From: Verrucomicrobiota bacterium
GTDB lineage: Bacteria; Verrucomicrobiota; Verrucomicrobiia; Limisphaerales; UBA8199
DNA: 64,000 bases
NCBI GenBank assembly: GCA_003176045.1
Contig: PSRM01000068.1
Location: 60,084-124,083 of the forward strand
Reading direction: 5' to 3'
Shown here in pieces: positions 45,581-55,300 of the stretch (its first letter is position 1; every line of letters begins with the position of its first letter). Under the pieces are notes generated by a model, which had not been told where the DNA came from, did no database searches, and worked only from the letters and a program-made list of their open reading frames with translations. Position numbers and translations under genes: made by a program.

Positions 45581-46438
45581 ATGAGACTGAACGAACAAAC
45601 GTCGAACTTTAAGGCGGTCGCCTTAGGGGACGACATGCTCCGCAGCCAGGCACCGAGCATCTTTGCAACGGGGCCAATGCAGGGCGTCAGCAGCCGTTAC
45701 ACATTCGTGCCGACTTCTCGAATCGTTTCGGGATTGAGGGAACACGATTGGGTTCCGGTGGAAGTGGAAGAGCAACGCATCCGCAAGGAAGACAGGCGGG
45801 GTTTTCAGAAGCACCTGATACGGTTTCGTCTTGCCACGCAGATGCAGACGTTGGCCGAATGGAACGTGGAACTGGTCCTGCTCAACTCGCACGATCGGGG
45901 TTGCGCATATCAACTTCACGCGGGGATCTTCCGGCGAATCTGTTCCAATGGATTGGTGATGAGCGAAGGGTCATTTGAGGCCATTCGCTTTCGTCATTCC
46001 AATTTGGAAGCGGAGAAAGTTGTTCAAGCGAGTTTTCGCCTGCTCGACTACGTTCCGAAGGTCGGCGAGATGGTCAATCGGTTCCGCGCCCGCGCTCTTG
46101 ATTCCCAGGAATCAACCGCGTTGGCCGGCCACGCACTCTTGTTGCGCTATGGCAGCATGGAGCGCGCACCCGTCGAAGCTGCAACGCTCCTGACCTCGCG
46201 TCGTTCGGAAGATGAGGGAACGGATCTGTGGACAACCATGAACCGCGTTCAAGAGAACCTGATTCGTGGTGGCGTTTCCGATTTCCGCAAGGACCGTCGT
46301 GGCCGGCTGCGATCGGTGAGGGCAATACGAGGCATTGATTCCAAAGTCAATTTGAACAAGGGACTTTGGAGCCTGGCTGAAAAACTGGCCAATGGTCAAC
46401 CGCTGGATGATGCCGAGCGGGTTGCACTTGCGAATTGA
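45581..46438 (+). CDS. DUF932 (DUF945) family protein
   Basis: Trimmed to MRLNEQTSNF. Motifs: APSIFATGP...SSRYTFVPT, FQKHLIRFRL, LLNSHDRGCAYQLHAGIFRRICSNGLV. Confidence 0.85.
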   Translation: MRLNEQTSNFKAVALGDDMLRSQAPSIFATGPMQGVSSRYTFVPTSRIVSGLREHDWVPVEVEEQRIRKEDRRGFQKHLIRFRLATQMQTLAEWNVELVLLNSHDRGCAYQLHAGIFRRICSNGLVMSEGSFEAIRFRHSNLEAEKVVQASFRLLDYVPKVGEMVNRFRARALDSQESTALAGHALLLRYGSMERAPVEAATLLTSRRSEDEGTDLWTTMNRVQENLIRGGVSDFRKDRRGRLRSVRAIRGIDSKVNLNKGLWSLAEKLANGQPLDDAERVALAN

Positions 46439-46617
46439 AACCGCCGAAGGTTATTCCCAAGGTTTCTTCTACATGGCTTTTGAGGACGTGTGCCAACAAA
46501 CAATCCTCCACCAAACTGAGGGATCTCCTCAGAAATTGCCTGCTGCCACGATGAAAAGGGCTTTGAAGCTGGTTGAATAATTGAACCAGAATTAATGATT
46601 TCCTGGACCTATTTCCT

Positions 46618-47208
46618 ATGATCAAGGGTTTTATCGTCGAGTCCCGCGAGGAATGCATGCGTGAAATAACGGATGTGCTAATTCCGAACAAATTTTTCTT
46701 TTACATAGCTGGACAGTGTCGGCGCGAGCCGCCAGCAATAGAGGATGAAAACACTCTGCAGATTTTTGAAGCCGCCGTGTCGAAGCTCGGCGCGACTGAG
46801 TTCGAAGCCGAATTGCGGTTTTATCGGTGGGGCGCGTGGCGGATTGTCGCGGGGACTGAAAGAGTTGTTCCCGTCTTTAAAGAGGCGAGAGCGCCGGCGC
46901 GTGATATGCGACAGCACCCGCTCCATTGTATGGGGTATACCATCAAGGCCATTCAGCTAGGCGACGAGGAACATTACCAAGCATACGTTGAAATCACTCG
47001 CGAGTTTCTCGGGCTTTTTGAACCTCGCTGGCTCAATTTCGCGCTCAAATGGTCCGTCGAGCAGATTGCAAAAGATTTTTCACAAGTAGATTACGTTAGA
47101 TATCCGCAGGTTCTTGCGGAGGTTGAGAGAATTCTTGCTGTTATCAACGAGCGGCGAGAAGCGGCGGGATTGCCACTCGTTCCGCGCGATGCGTTGTTCA
47201 TTACCTGA
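46618..47208 (+). CDS. 196-aa hypothetical protein, paralogue of 39829..40461
   Basis: See 39829..40461. The N-terminal length before the FFYIAG block is the same in both. Confidence 0.55.
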   Translation: MIKGFIVESREECMREITDVLIPNKFFFYIAGQCRREPPAIEDENTLQIFEAAVSKLGATEFEAELRFYRWGAWRIVAGTERVVPVFKEARAPARDMRQHPLHCMGYTIKAIQLGDEEHYQAYVEITREFLGLFEPRWLNFALKWSVEQIAKDFSQVDYVRYPQVLAEVERILAVINERREAAGLPLVPRDALFIT

Positions 47209-47303
47209 GAAGAGGGGATTATCGAGAATGCGTCCAGCTCACCAAATCGCAAATAAAGCCGCTTAAAAGAATGGTAATTCAATGAAGAACCGAAGTGCTT
47301 CCA

Positions 47304-47435
47304 CGCGCAATTCCTAAAGGCGAAATCTTGGCGGAGCGAGGAGGGTCAAGGTGGAGGCGCTGACTCCCTCGGACGTGAAACGCGCACTACCTTGACGCCC
47401 GGAGCGCCGCCATAAAATGGTCGCCGGAATGCGCG
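47304..47435 (+). repeat. 132-nt structured imperfect palindrome, copy B
   Basis: Same architecture and orientation as 9195-9326. Helices: 47304-47314/47426-47435, 47319-47323/47421-47425, 47330-47337/47404-47411. It ends 2 nt before the stop codon of 47438..47914. Confidence 0.65.
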
Positions 47436-47437
47436 GT

Positions 47438-47914
47438 TCAGCAGTCTGGACATGCGTTGCCTGCACCTTCGCACCCAGCGAGGTTCTCCCGAGCAGCGAG
47501 GAAAGAAAGTATCTCGCGCTGCGTGATCCGCCATGAGTCCTCCCAACCAGCTACGAAACTGAATTTGAATTGTTGGTAGTGGCGCATAGCCAGATTCTGG
47601 TCTCCGCTTGCGTCCATCAAAAGCGCCAAAGCTAACTGGGCCGGACCACTACCGCCGTATCCCCATTCAAAGCCAGCCGGGCTATGGTTTCGTGCCTGAA
47701 GGCATAACGGCAATGGCCGTGAGGAAACTTGAGCTTCCGTCGAACCCTCGGGCACTGGTTCTTCTACATAAACTCGGCAAATCCCGTCGGCCTCGCGGAA
47801 GCCGGTGTAAGCTTTTTCAACCTGTTTTGGTAAGAGTAAGGAGGGGAGGGCGGTTTTTGGAAGCTCTGGTTCGAGTGCTCCATTTTGCTGTTGTTCACGC
47901 TGTTGTCGCTCCAT
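47438..47914 (-). CDS. 158-aa hypothetical protein with a GFEWGYGGSGPAQLALAL motif (paralogue of 48754..49257)
   Basis: GGGGGAGG lies 7 nt upstream. The core LPLCL..RNHSP.GFEWGY.GSGPAQLALAL is shared with the paralogue. Confidence 0.65.
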   Translation of the reverse strand: MERQQREQQQNGALEPELPKTALPSLLLPKQVEKAYTGFREADGICRVYVEEPVPEGSTEAQVSSRPLPLCLQARNHSPAGFEWGYGGSGPAQLALALLMDASGDQNLAMRHYQQFKFSFVAGWEDSWRITQREILSFLAARENLAGCEGAGNACPDC

Positions 47915-47990
47915 ACCAGCACCTCCCCCGAATGATCGTTTGTCTCACGCCTGCCAATTCTAATCAACTACCGTTTGTCAAATCGCGCGT

Positions 47991-48701
47991 CTAAGGCCGC
48001 GAGCGCGTATTTTTCCAAGTGCTTCCATCCGCAAAGGCCAATCCAGTTCCCCAGCCCAGTGCGCGTCGGCAGGCTGCGATTGTGGTGCCGGTCGTGATTA
48101 CATTATCTACGAAATAAGCCGGCATTACCTGCATTGGTCCTGCGACTCGAATGATCGCGTGTTGCTCGATATTGAGTCCAAAGCGGCCGTCCAAGCGGCG
48201 GTCACACGACGACTCCACAGGATGGGAGCGAGTAAGCGCGCACTTGACTCGGGCGCGAGGGACCAAAGCGGCGATAGCACGAGCCAACTCGAGGTTCGCG
48301 GTTAGGGTGCCATCACTGGCGGGGACTGGAACCAGCCAACACGGAGCGTCAATGAGCGCGGCCATTGCGGGCGCAGCAATTTCAATGGCGTCTTCGAGGC
48401 CGTCCTTAAGCTGCCAGGCTATCCGGCGCGCGCGTCGCTCCTCCGCGGTGACGGTTCGCCATTCAACGGGAACGTATTTGGAAGCGTAACGATCCGTGTG
48501 AACAAGGACTGACGCCTGAGAATCAAGCACTGGGATCCGGAGCTTCGCCCGATTTGAGTCGGGGGCGTCTTGATGATAGCCTTTTCGCTGGGCGCGAGTG
48601 TCAACTCCGTTGGCGGCGAGAGATGGAAGTTTTAAAGCGGAGAGGCCAGAGGCAGGGGCTTGTATCGAGTTCCGACCCGATTTATCAAGATGTTGTTCCA
48701 C
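47991..48701 (-). CDS. Phosphoribosyltransferase-fold protein (ComF-like)
   Basis: The C-terminal YFVDNVITTGTTIAACRRAL is the PRPP-binding loop of type I PRTases. GTG start. Confidence 0.65.
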   Translation of the reverse strand: MEQHLDKSGRNSIQAPASGLSALKLPSLAANGVDTRAQRKGYHQDAPDSNRAKLRIPVLDSQASVLVHTDRYASKYVPVEWRTVTAEERRARRIAWQLKDGLEDAIEIAAPAMAALIDAPCWLVPVPASDGTLTANLELARAIAALVPRARVKCALTRSHPVESSCDRRLDGRFGLNIEQHAIIRVAGPMQVMPAYFVDNVITTGTTIAACRRALGWGTGLAFADGSTWKNTRSRP

Positions 48702-48753
48702 TTCTCCCTGGCCTCCCCTGATTTCCCGGTTATGTCACATCTTGAAAACCAAA

Positions 48754-49257
48754 TCAAACACGGTTGCTCGCGCTGCCGATTCCAGAGGCAGCCGATTCGT
48801 CTTCCGAGATGTTTGGCGGGTGTCCCTTCAATTCTTTAAGCCCGTCATCTTCGATGCCGGCATGTTCGCGGACATTTCTAGCTGAGATGGTCCAGTTGTT
48901 ATCCCAATATGCAACAACGTCTCGCTTGAAACCTTGATAATTGCGAAGCGCGATTCTTTCGTCGCCGGTGGCGTCGAGCATTAGCGCCAAGGCCAACTGT
49001 GCAGGCCCGCTTCCCTCGTATCCCCACTCGAAACCGCACGGACTATGGTTTCGAACTTCGAGGCACAACGGCAGAGTTCGAGACGCCTTTCCCCGTCTGG
49101 AGCCTCGGACGGGCTCCTCGACCCAAACTTCGACTTTGCCATTCCTGCGCCTGATACCATGATAAGCTTTTTGATACGGAGCCGGCATTGTCAAAGCGGA
49201 GAGGGCTGTTTCTGAAACCTGCTTTCTGACTCTTTGGTTTGTATCTTGCCGTTCCAT
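48754..49257 (-). CDS. 167-aa hypothetical protein, paralogue of 47438..47914
   Basis: GGGGAGG lies 7 nt upstream. It shares the GFEWGYEGSGPAQLALAL core. Confidence 0.65.
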   Translation of the reverse strand: MERQDTNQRVRKQVSETALSALTMPAPYQKAYHGIRRRNGKVEVWVEEPVRGSRRGKASRTLPLCLEVRNHSPCGFEWGYEGSGPAQLALALMLDATGDERIALRNYQGFKRDVVAYWDNNWTISARNVREHAGIEDDGLKELKGHPPNISEDESAASGIGSASNRV

Positions 49258-49397
49258 ACAAGCGCCTCCCCGCGTTGAAATGTTATCTCAAAACACGAGA
49301 CCTTAATCAAACGGTGTTGAATCGATCATCCAGATCTCGCCCGGACGTTCCAGAGACGACCCTTTTCCAGGGGAATTCGCGAGGTTAGGCAAGCGAT

Positions 49398-49676
49398 TCA
49401 GGAAAGGCGTTCCGGATGGAAGAAATCCAGTAATCGCACGCTAAATTGTGGTTGCGTTAGTTGAAGTTTGTTCAGATGTTCGAGAGCCGCTTGCTGATCA
49501 TCCGCTGTGAAATCGCCGCCGCATTTGGGGCAAAGGTGCTCAGAGAAGTTTGGCGCTGCGTCGAACATGTCCCCTGCGAAAAGGTTGGTTAGAATGCTTT
49601 GCCGAATGACACCCTGGCAATGATGGCAACAGATTTTGTATTCCAGAAGGGGACGCTCCTCAGCAAGTATGCGCAT
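49398..49676 (-). CDS. 92-aa zinc-ribbon protein (start uncertain)
   Basis: Track ORF 49398..49982 trimmed to avoid a 239-nt overlap with the upstream gene. Cys pairs CCHHCQG...CPKCGG. An alternative start lies at 49778. Confidence 0.4.
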   Translation of the reverse strand: MRILAEERPLLEYKICCHHCQGVIRQSILTNLFAGDMFDAAPNFSEHLCPKCGGDFTADDQQAALEHLNKLQLTQPQFSVRLLDFFHPERLS

Positions 49677-49743
49677 AATACCTTTGTGCGTGCGACGGCG
49701 GACGATGAGTTCGCGTTTGTGTTTCACGATTCCTGGTCCCAAG

Positions 49744-50547
49744 TTATGCCGCAATCCTTTCCCGGGCGTGTTCCACATATCTCGTTCGATACGGTACGAC
49801 ACACTCGTGCAACATAGCCGAGGTCGGAACGTGAGCAAGCGGAGCTGAGCGTAGCATCGCTCTGACCTGTTGTCGGATGAATGCGCCCATCTGAGGCCAA
49901 GTGATCCGATGCATCTCAACAGCATTAACTGCCGGCGGGATTGGCACCTGGTGTGAGCGAGCAACGAATTCCCCTCCATCAATCACGTCGGTGACTTTGT
50001 GAATTGTAAGGACAAGATGCTTTCGTCCATCCCGCACCATAGCGGCAATTGGATCGGGGCCGGGATACGACGGCCACGTGTCGCCGCTGTGATGGAAATT
50101 GAAGAATCCAAGCGACGGAAAGTTGATCAAAGCAGTCGGAATCTTCTGGCCGAATGTTGCCATTAGGCAAAGCTGCGGCCGCCATTCTTCCAAAAAAGCG
50201 GTGAAGAATTCTGGCGTTTTTATGCGACCCACATAACAAGGAATCTGCCGGGCCGCCACCAAGAGCGGGACCATTTTTTCCTCATATTGTGCGTGGGGGT
50301 ATTTCCAGAGGCGAACATCAGCGTGCGAAAATGGCTGACGAGGATCGTCCGTTGCCACACCGACAATTTCGACCTGCCGTGCCAGGTCCCCCGAGAGCAA
50401 TTCTTTGATTACATGGTAACCGCCATGGAAGCTCCCGAACACGGCCACACGACATTTAGTTCTGGGATCATCGAGCCGACGGTGGGGAAGGCGGAGGATG
50501 TTCGCTCCGCATATTGCCGAAGAAGCAGCCGCATTCATTTCACGCAA
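49744..50547 (-). CDS. Formyltransferase-fold protein (Fmt/PurN N-domain-like)
   Basis: FNFHHSGDTWPSYPGPDPIAAMV resembles the NxHxSLLPxxRG loop. It is followed by KVTDVIDGGEFV (Asp of the catalytic triad). TTG start. Confidence 0.6.
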   Translation of the reverse strand: MREMNAAASSAICGANILRLPHRRLDDPRTKCRVAVFGSFHGGYHVIKELLSGDLARQVEIVGVATDDPRQPFSHADVRLWKYPHAQYEEKMVPLLVAARQIPCYVGRIKTPEFFTAFLEEWRPQLCLMATFGQKIPTALINFPSLGFFNFHHSGDTWPSYPGPDPIAAMVRDGRKHLVLTIHKVTDVIDGGEFVARSHQVPIPPAVNAVEMHRITWPQMGAFIRQQVRAMLRSAPLAHVPTSAMLHECVVPYRTRYVEHARERIAA

Positions 50548-50808
50548 GTTTTGCTGCGCGCGAACAAACTGCGGGAGCTAAAAGGGCGTGACCCAATCAC
50601 ACCCTCGCTAGAGGCACCGCGAAGCGCCCATCAAGAAAGTGCGTCAAGCCACGCCCAAGGGGTGGGCGCAGCCTTTGCAGCTTGGTCTCTTGATTGAAAA
50701 TTCGCGGTTTTCTAGCGAGACCGCAGCCGAAGCTACGCAAATTTATGTTGAGTAGATGTCGTGCCAGCGGCCGTAAAAAGCAAGATTTTTTTGAAAAGTT
50801 CGTGGAGG

Positions 50809-51828
50809 CTACGGCATCCACTTCGGCCGACCGAGAGCTTTCAGGACACCGGTCCTGCGAAGAAGCCGTTCGACGTAAGCGACTGTATGTTGGGCATGAT
50901 CCGAGTTTTCGGCAGATGACGCGGCCAAACCGCGCTCGAAAAAAAAGGTCCCACTGGAGTGGTGAACGACAGGTTCGGGGCGTAGGTCTGGAGAGCCGTT
51001 ATCCAGAAGCCATGCCAGCACATTCATCATAAAGCGGGCATTGTCAGGCCGGGTGAGCAGACCGAATCGTCCTGTTTCGAACGCGTGCGGCCCCCCAATC
51101 AGCACAAATCGGCCCCCTCCGTGCAATCCTGCAACCGCTATCGGAAGAGAGGCGAAACTGATTCTACGAGCCGAGCGATTGAAGCTGATGCAGGTCCCGC
51201 CGGCTGAAAGAGCCAACGGTTGTGCTTCGGCACCCGGCAAGATGTTGAAAGTCGCCGTCGTTCGCCAGCGAACACTGCTCACATGAAGATTTGACCAGTG
51301 TAGGGGAAGCAGATTGCGGGGCGTATCAAAGAATGCTTCGAGAGGGTTCATGGTACGCAGTGTCTGCAAATCGATCACCGCGTCATCGTTCAAAAGGCAA
51401 CCAAGCGGGCTCACAAGTTCGCGTAGATTGGAGCGCGTAAACCAATCGCCGAAACGATAAGCAAAAGCGAGCAGCCTGCCGCCGCTCCGCACAAAGTTGA
51501 GGATGTCGCGAATATGTTCCGACGCGAACGATGACTCAGCGAGTGGCGACCAGCATTCCTTCGCAGCATTGTAGGCCCCGGTTGGGGGTGGAATCACGAG
51601 CAAGCGGGCATCTGTCAAACGCGCCTGCGATAGCGGCTGACTGACGGGAGCGCAACGGCAGCCCATACGGCACAGCAACTCCATCAGGCCAGCATAATTC
51701 GTATGCATTTCACGGGACGTGAATCCGGTTTGTGACCAGTTGGGCTGCCCGTGACTGGCATCGAAAATCGCGAGGGATGGTTTGCGCTCCTTGATTATGG
51801 AACCCACTTGCGCGCTTTCTCGCTTCAT
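50809..51828 (-). CDS. 339-aa hypothetical protein, possible GATase1-like/DUF4350-like fold
   Basis: The pattern AIFDASHGQ...LLVIPPP...FVRSGGRLLAF is reminiscent of DUF4350/GldG-like domains (from memory, weak). Confidence 0.4.
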   Translation of the reverse strand: MKRESAQVGSIIKERKPSLAIFDASHGQPNWSQTGFTSREMHTNYAGLMELLCRMGCRCAPVSQPLSQARLTDARLLVIPPPTGAYNAAKECWSPLAESSFASEHIRDILNFVRSGGRLLAFAYRFGDWFTRSNLRELVSPLGCLLNDDAVIDLQTLRTMNPLEAFFDTPRNLLPLHWSNLHVSSVRWRTTATFNILPGAEAQPLALSAGGTCISFNRSARRISFASLPIAVAGLHGGGRFVLIGGPHAFETGRFGLLTRPDNARFMMNVLAWLLDNGSPDLRPEPVVHHSSGTFFFERGLAASSAENSDHAQHTVAYVERLLRRTGVLKALGRPKWMP

Positions 51829-51852
51829 CTCCCTTCTCGCTCAGAACTAGTT

Positions 51853-52293
51853 TCAGTAGTCTGCCGGAAGCAGCACGGTTGTGACTCTTCGGTCGGCCTC
51901 GGTTATTACCCAAAATTTTTTGCCGGTGCTTGATTCATACTTGGAAAAGAGCCGTTCACCATCACGCAATGCCTTGTCATTTCGCTGCCAATCCGCTTGG
52001 TCCAGGACCCCCCAATCTCCGGCGGCATGCCTTTGAACGGCTTTAAGGATCTCGTCGGCGGGTACGGACTTGGCAACTCCTTCGGTTACACATAGACGGC
52101 CAAAAGCAAACCGGGGTTTTGCTTTCACCTGCATCTTGACCTGGGGCTCTAATGGCGAGAGGAATCTGGTTGGGTCCGATTCAGACGCCGTAAGTGCATG
52201 TCTTTGGAATTCCTCATAAGGCAAGGGAACTTCACCACGTCGCTCTGCGTGCAGTTGGTGGACTCGGTACAACGCATCCTGGGCATTATTCAT
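51853..52293 (-). CDS. 146-aa paralogue of the 33605..33889 small protein
   Basis: Trimmed to MNNAQDAL (GAGGA 6 nt upstream). C-terminus HAAGDWG...FWVITEADRRVTTVLLPADY. Confidence 0.6.
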   Translation of the reverse strand: MNNAQDALYRVHQLHAERRGEVPLPYEEFQRHALTASESDPTRFLSPLEPQVKMQVKAKPRFAFGRLCVTEGVAKSVPADEILKAVQRHAAGDWGVLDQADWQRNDKALRDGERLFSKYESSTGKKFWVITEADRRVTTVLLPADY

Positions 52294-52377
52294 GAAGGGT
52301 CCTCGTAAATGATAACTGGTTTTCGTCCATAACACGATTTTACTGGTGAATGCAACAAGGCTGACCGGCGGACTCCG

Positions 52378-55300
52378 TCAACCTGGTTCATCCGAAGACT
52401 TTCCCTCGCCTTGCTGGTCAGGTCCGTTTGCTGCTTGCTGCGGTTCAAGCTGACCGGATGTTTGGCTTTTTGTTAAGTCGAGTTCATCTTCAATTTCGCG
52501 CTGTCGTTGCACCAAAGCCGCGAGGCGGTCCGCATACTCGAACGGTGCGTCCACCTGCGCTCGGCTGTCGGCGAGCCGCTTCTGAGTATCGGCAATATTC
52601 TGTCCAATCGTTGCCGCGAGCTCTTCAAGATGCTGAATTGTATGCTCCACGGAACGTATGGTGCCGTGAGCGGTGTCTGTTACTTTGGCGACATAAGTCG
52701 TGGCTCCCTTTATGACGATTTCCGGCCCCTGCATGAAGTTGTCAGCAACGAATAAGTCGAAACCTGCAATCTTCCCGATCTGTCGTTCAGAACGGCCGCC
52801 GCGCATCTTTTCGGCGCGGCGAATCAACAACTCGCCAGCGATCCCTCGGTCTCGAATCTCCTGACCTTCTAGAATCATCATGAACTTATCTCCGTTCGTG
52901 TCCTCACGGACCTTTAGGTCCTGCCGTACGGCTTCAAGTCGCTTCTCATGTGCTGGGATTTCATCAGCTAAATGTCGAACACGAGTTCGGAGCTTGAACA
53001 TGGTCTCTTGGTGTTCGCAATGCAGACGGCTCAGGCGGCCGACTTCGGCGTCAATTCGAGCTTTTTCGATGACCAGGGGATTTCCTGACGCGATTGCCTT
53101 GACTTCGGCATAAGTAAGAGCCGCGCCGTCTATGTCCTCAATGCGCCGCAGATCGCTTTCTCCGGTCATGACCTGGCTGATGAACTTCGCCTTCGTCTCC
53201 AATACTTGCCACATATATGCGTCGAAAGATTCTTCGGTAACATAGCGGTATATTTGGACCTCGGCGTTGGAGTTACCCTGCCTAAGGATACGTCCCTCGC
53301 GCTGCTCCACATCAGCGGGGCGCCACGGTGCGTCCAGGTGATGGAGAGCGATAAGGCGTTCCTGCACGTTAGCGCCAGTCCCCATTTTTTGCGTGCTGCC
53401 GAACAGGACGCGAATTTTTCCAGCCCTAACGTCTTTGAAAAGCGTGAGCTTCGCGGCGTCACTTTCGTAGTCCTGTATGAACGCGATCTCGCCCGCGGGA
53501 ACTCCAGCGAGGATGAGCTTGTCGCGCATATCCTCGTAAACAGAAAATCCTTTGTTTTGAGTGGGGATTGAGAGGTCACAGAAAACAAGTTGAGTGGAGC
53601 GATTGTTCATGGTGTCGCGCCAAATGCGCTCAATTTGGCGCACTGCTTGGTTAATTTTGCTATCGCCATGGTCTGGCAAACTGGCTTCGTGAAGCCGGAG
53701 GTCCAAAGCAGCCTTGCGCCCATCCGTGGTGACCAGAAGCATATTATCCTCGCGAGGATCAACACTCCCTGTCTTCAAAGCTTCGGCTCGTTCCACGAGA
53801 GATTGAACGATTTCCTTCAATTCGGGTGAGCAGGGGGCACTGACTACCGTGGGTTTGCCGCCGTGAAGGTCGGGCACGGGCAGCTTCAGCATCTCCTGGG
53901 TTTGAATGTCGGCGACCTGCCGAAACATCTGCATCAATTCAGGCACGTTTATGAAGCGCGCAAAGCGAGTGTGAAGCCGATACCCCGACCCATCCGGGGA
54001 GAGCTCGAGCGCGGTCACTGGTTCGCCGAAGGTAGCCGCCCACGAGTCAAAGTGAGCAACGCTTTGACCCTTGAGCAAACTCATTTCGAGAAAGCGCTGC
54101 ATCGTGAACATCTCAGCGACGCTGTTGGCGATGGGTGTGCCAGTGGCGAAAACAACTCCACCTCCACCGTTGATTCGCTGTACATGTCCAACTTTTAGGA
54201 ACATGTCAAAAGCCCGTTGTGAGGCGGTCTGAGGAAGCCCGGCGATGCGGGTCATTTTCGTGACATAGAATAGATTCTTAAAATAGTGCGCCTCGTCCAC
54301 GAATATGCGGTCCACACCAAGTTCCTCGAACGTCAGACCGTCGTCCTTCTTCTCATCTGCCGAAAGTTCCTTGAGTTTTGTTTCCAACTGTTTTTTCGAG
54401 CGTTCCAGCGCTTTTACGATTCGGGAATCTCCATCCTTTCGCTGTTGTTCGATTGCGAGCGCCAGCTCCCGCAAGTTCGCTTTGAAGAATTCTTCCTGTG
54501 TCGCGCGGGCGACGGGGATTTTTTCGAAGCCTGAGTGAGTAACGATCACGGCATCCCAGTTGCCGGTTGCGATTCGGCTCATCAGGGTCTTTCGCTTGTC
54601 CTTTTCGAAATCGTCCTTGGTGGCGACCAGAATATTCGCCCCGGGATATAACGCTAGCAGTTCTGATGAGAATTGACCCAGCATGTGATTTGGAACCGCG
54701 AAGAGTGTTTTACGCGCTAATCCGAGGCGCTTCAATTCCATGGCGGCCGCAACCATTGCGAACGTCTTCCCGGCGCCGACGACATGGGCGAGCAGGCAGT
54801 TGGGGGTCTGTAGAATCCGCCATACGGCGGCTTTTTGGTGGGGACGCAGCGTGATTGCCGGACTTGCGCCTGGCAAGGTTAAGTGGTCTCCGTTGAAAGT
54901 TCGTAATCGGGTGTGGTTGAATTCATCGTTGTATTTTCGGACAAGGCGTTCGCGTCGCTCATCATCCCGCCAGATCCATTGCTTGAAGCGCTCCTTCAAC
55001 TTCTCCTGCTTATCGCGGGCGGCCTCAGTGGCAGGCCCATTGATCACGTCGCGGTCCGTGTCGGGGTCATGGTCGTACACTGTCGGAACCCGCAAGTTGA
55101 GCGCATCCTCAATCAACTCAATAGCGCTCCTGCGGTCCGTACCCCATTCAGTAGTGTTGGCAACACTGAAGCGGGCGCCGTATCCGCCCCGTATAACCCA
55201 AAGGCCCAACTGTGGCGCATGGCTGACAGAAATGCCTTCCTCTCCAAGTAATTCAGCAGTGAAGATTTGAACATCTTGGGCCGGAATCCAGGTGCTTCCC

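Noticed and set aside
9195-47435. The two 132-nt elements interpreted as attL/attR of an integrated element
   Set aside because: The copies share only interrupted identity blocks. Each copy is internally self-complementary with its own compensatory pairs, so they are not recombinant hybrids of attB and attP. Element-type genes continue beyond copy B, and no integrase is present.
49677-49982. N-terminal 102 codons of ORF 49398..49982
   Set aside because: They overlap the formyltransferase-like gene out of frame by up to 239 nt. The zinc-ribbon part starts after a weak AAGG site at 49676.
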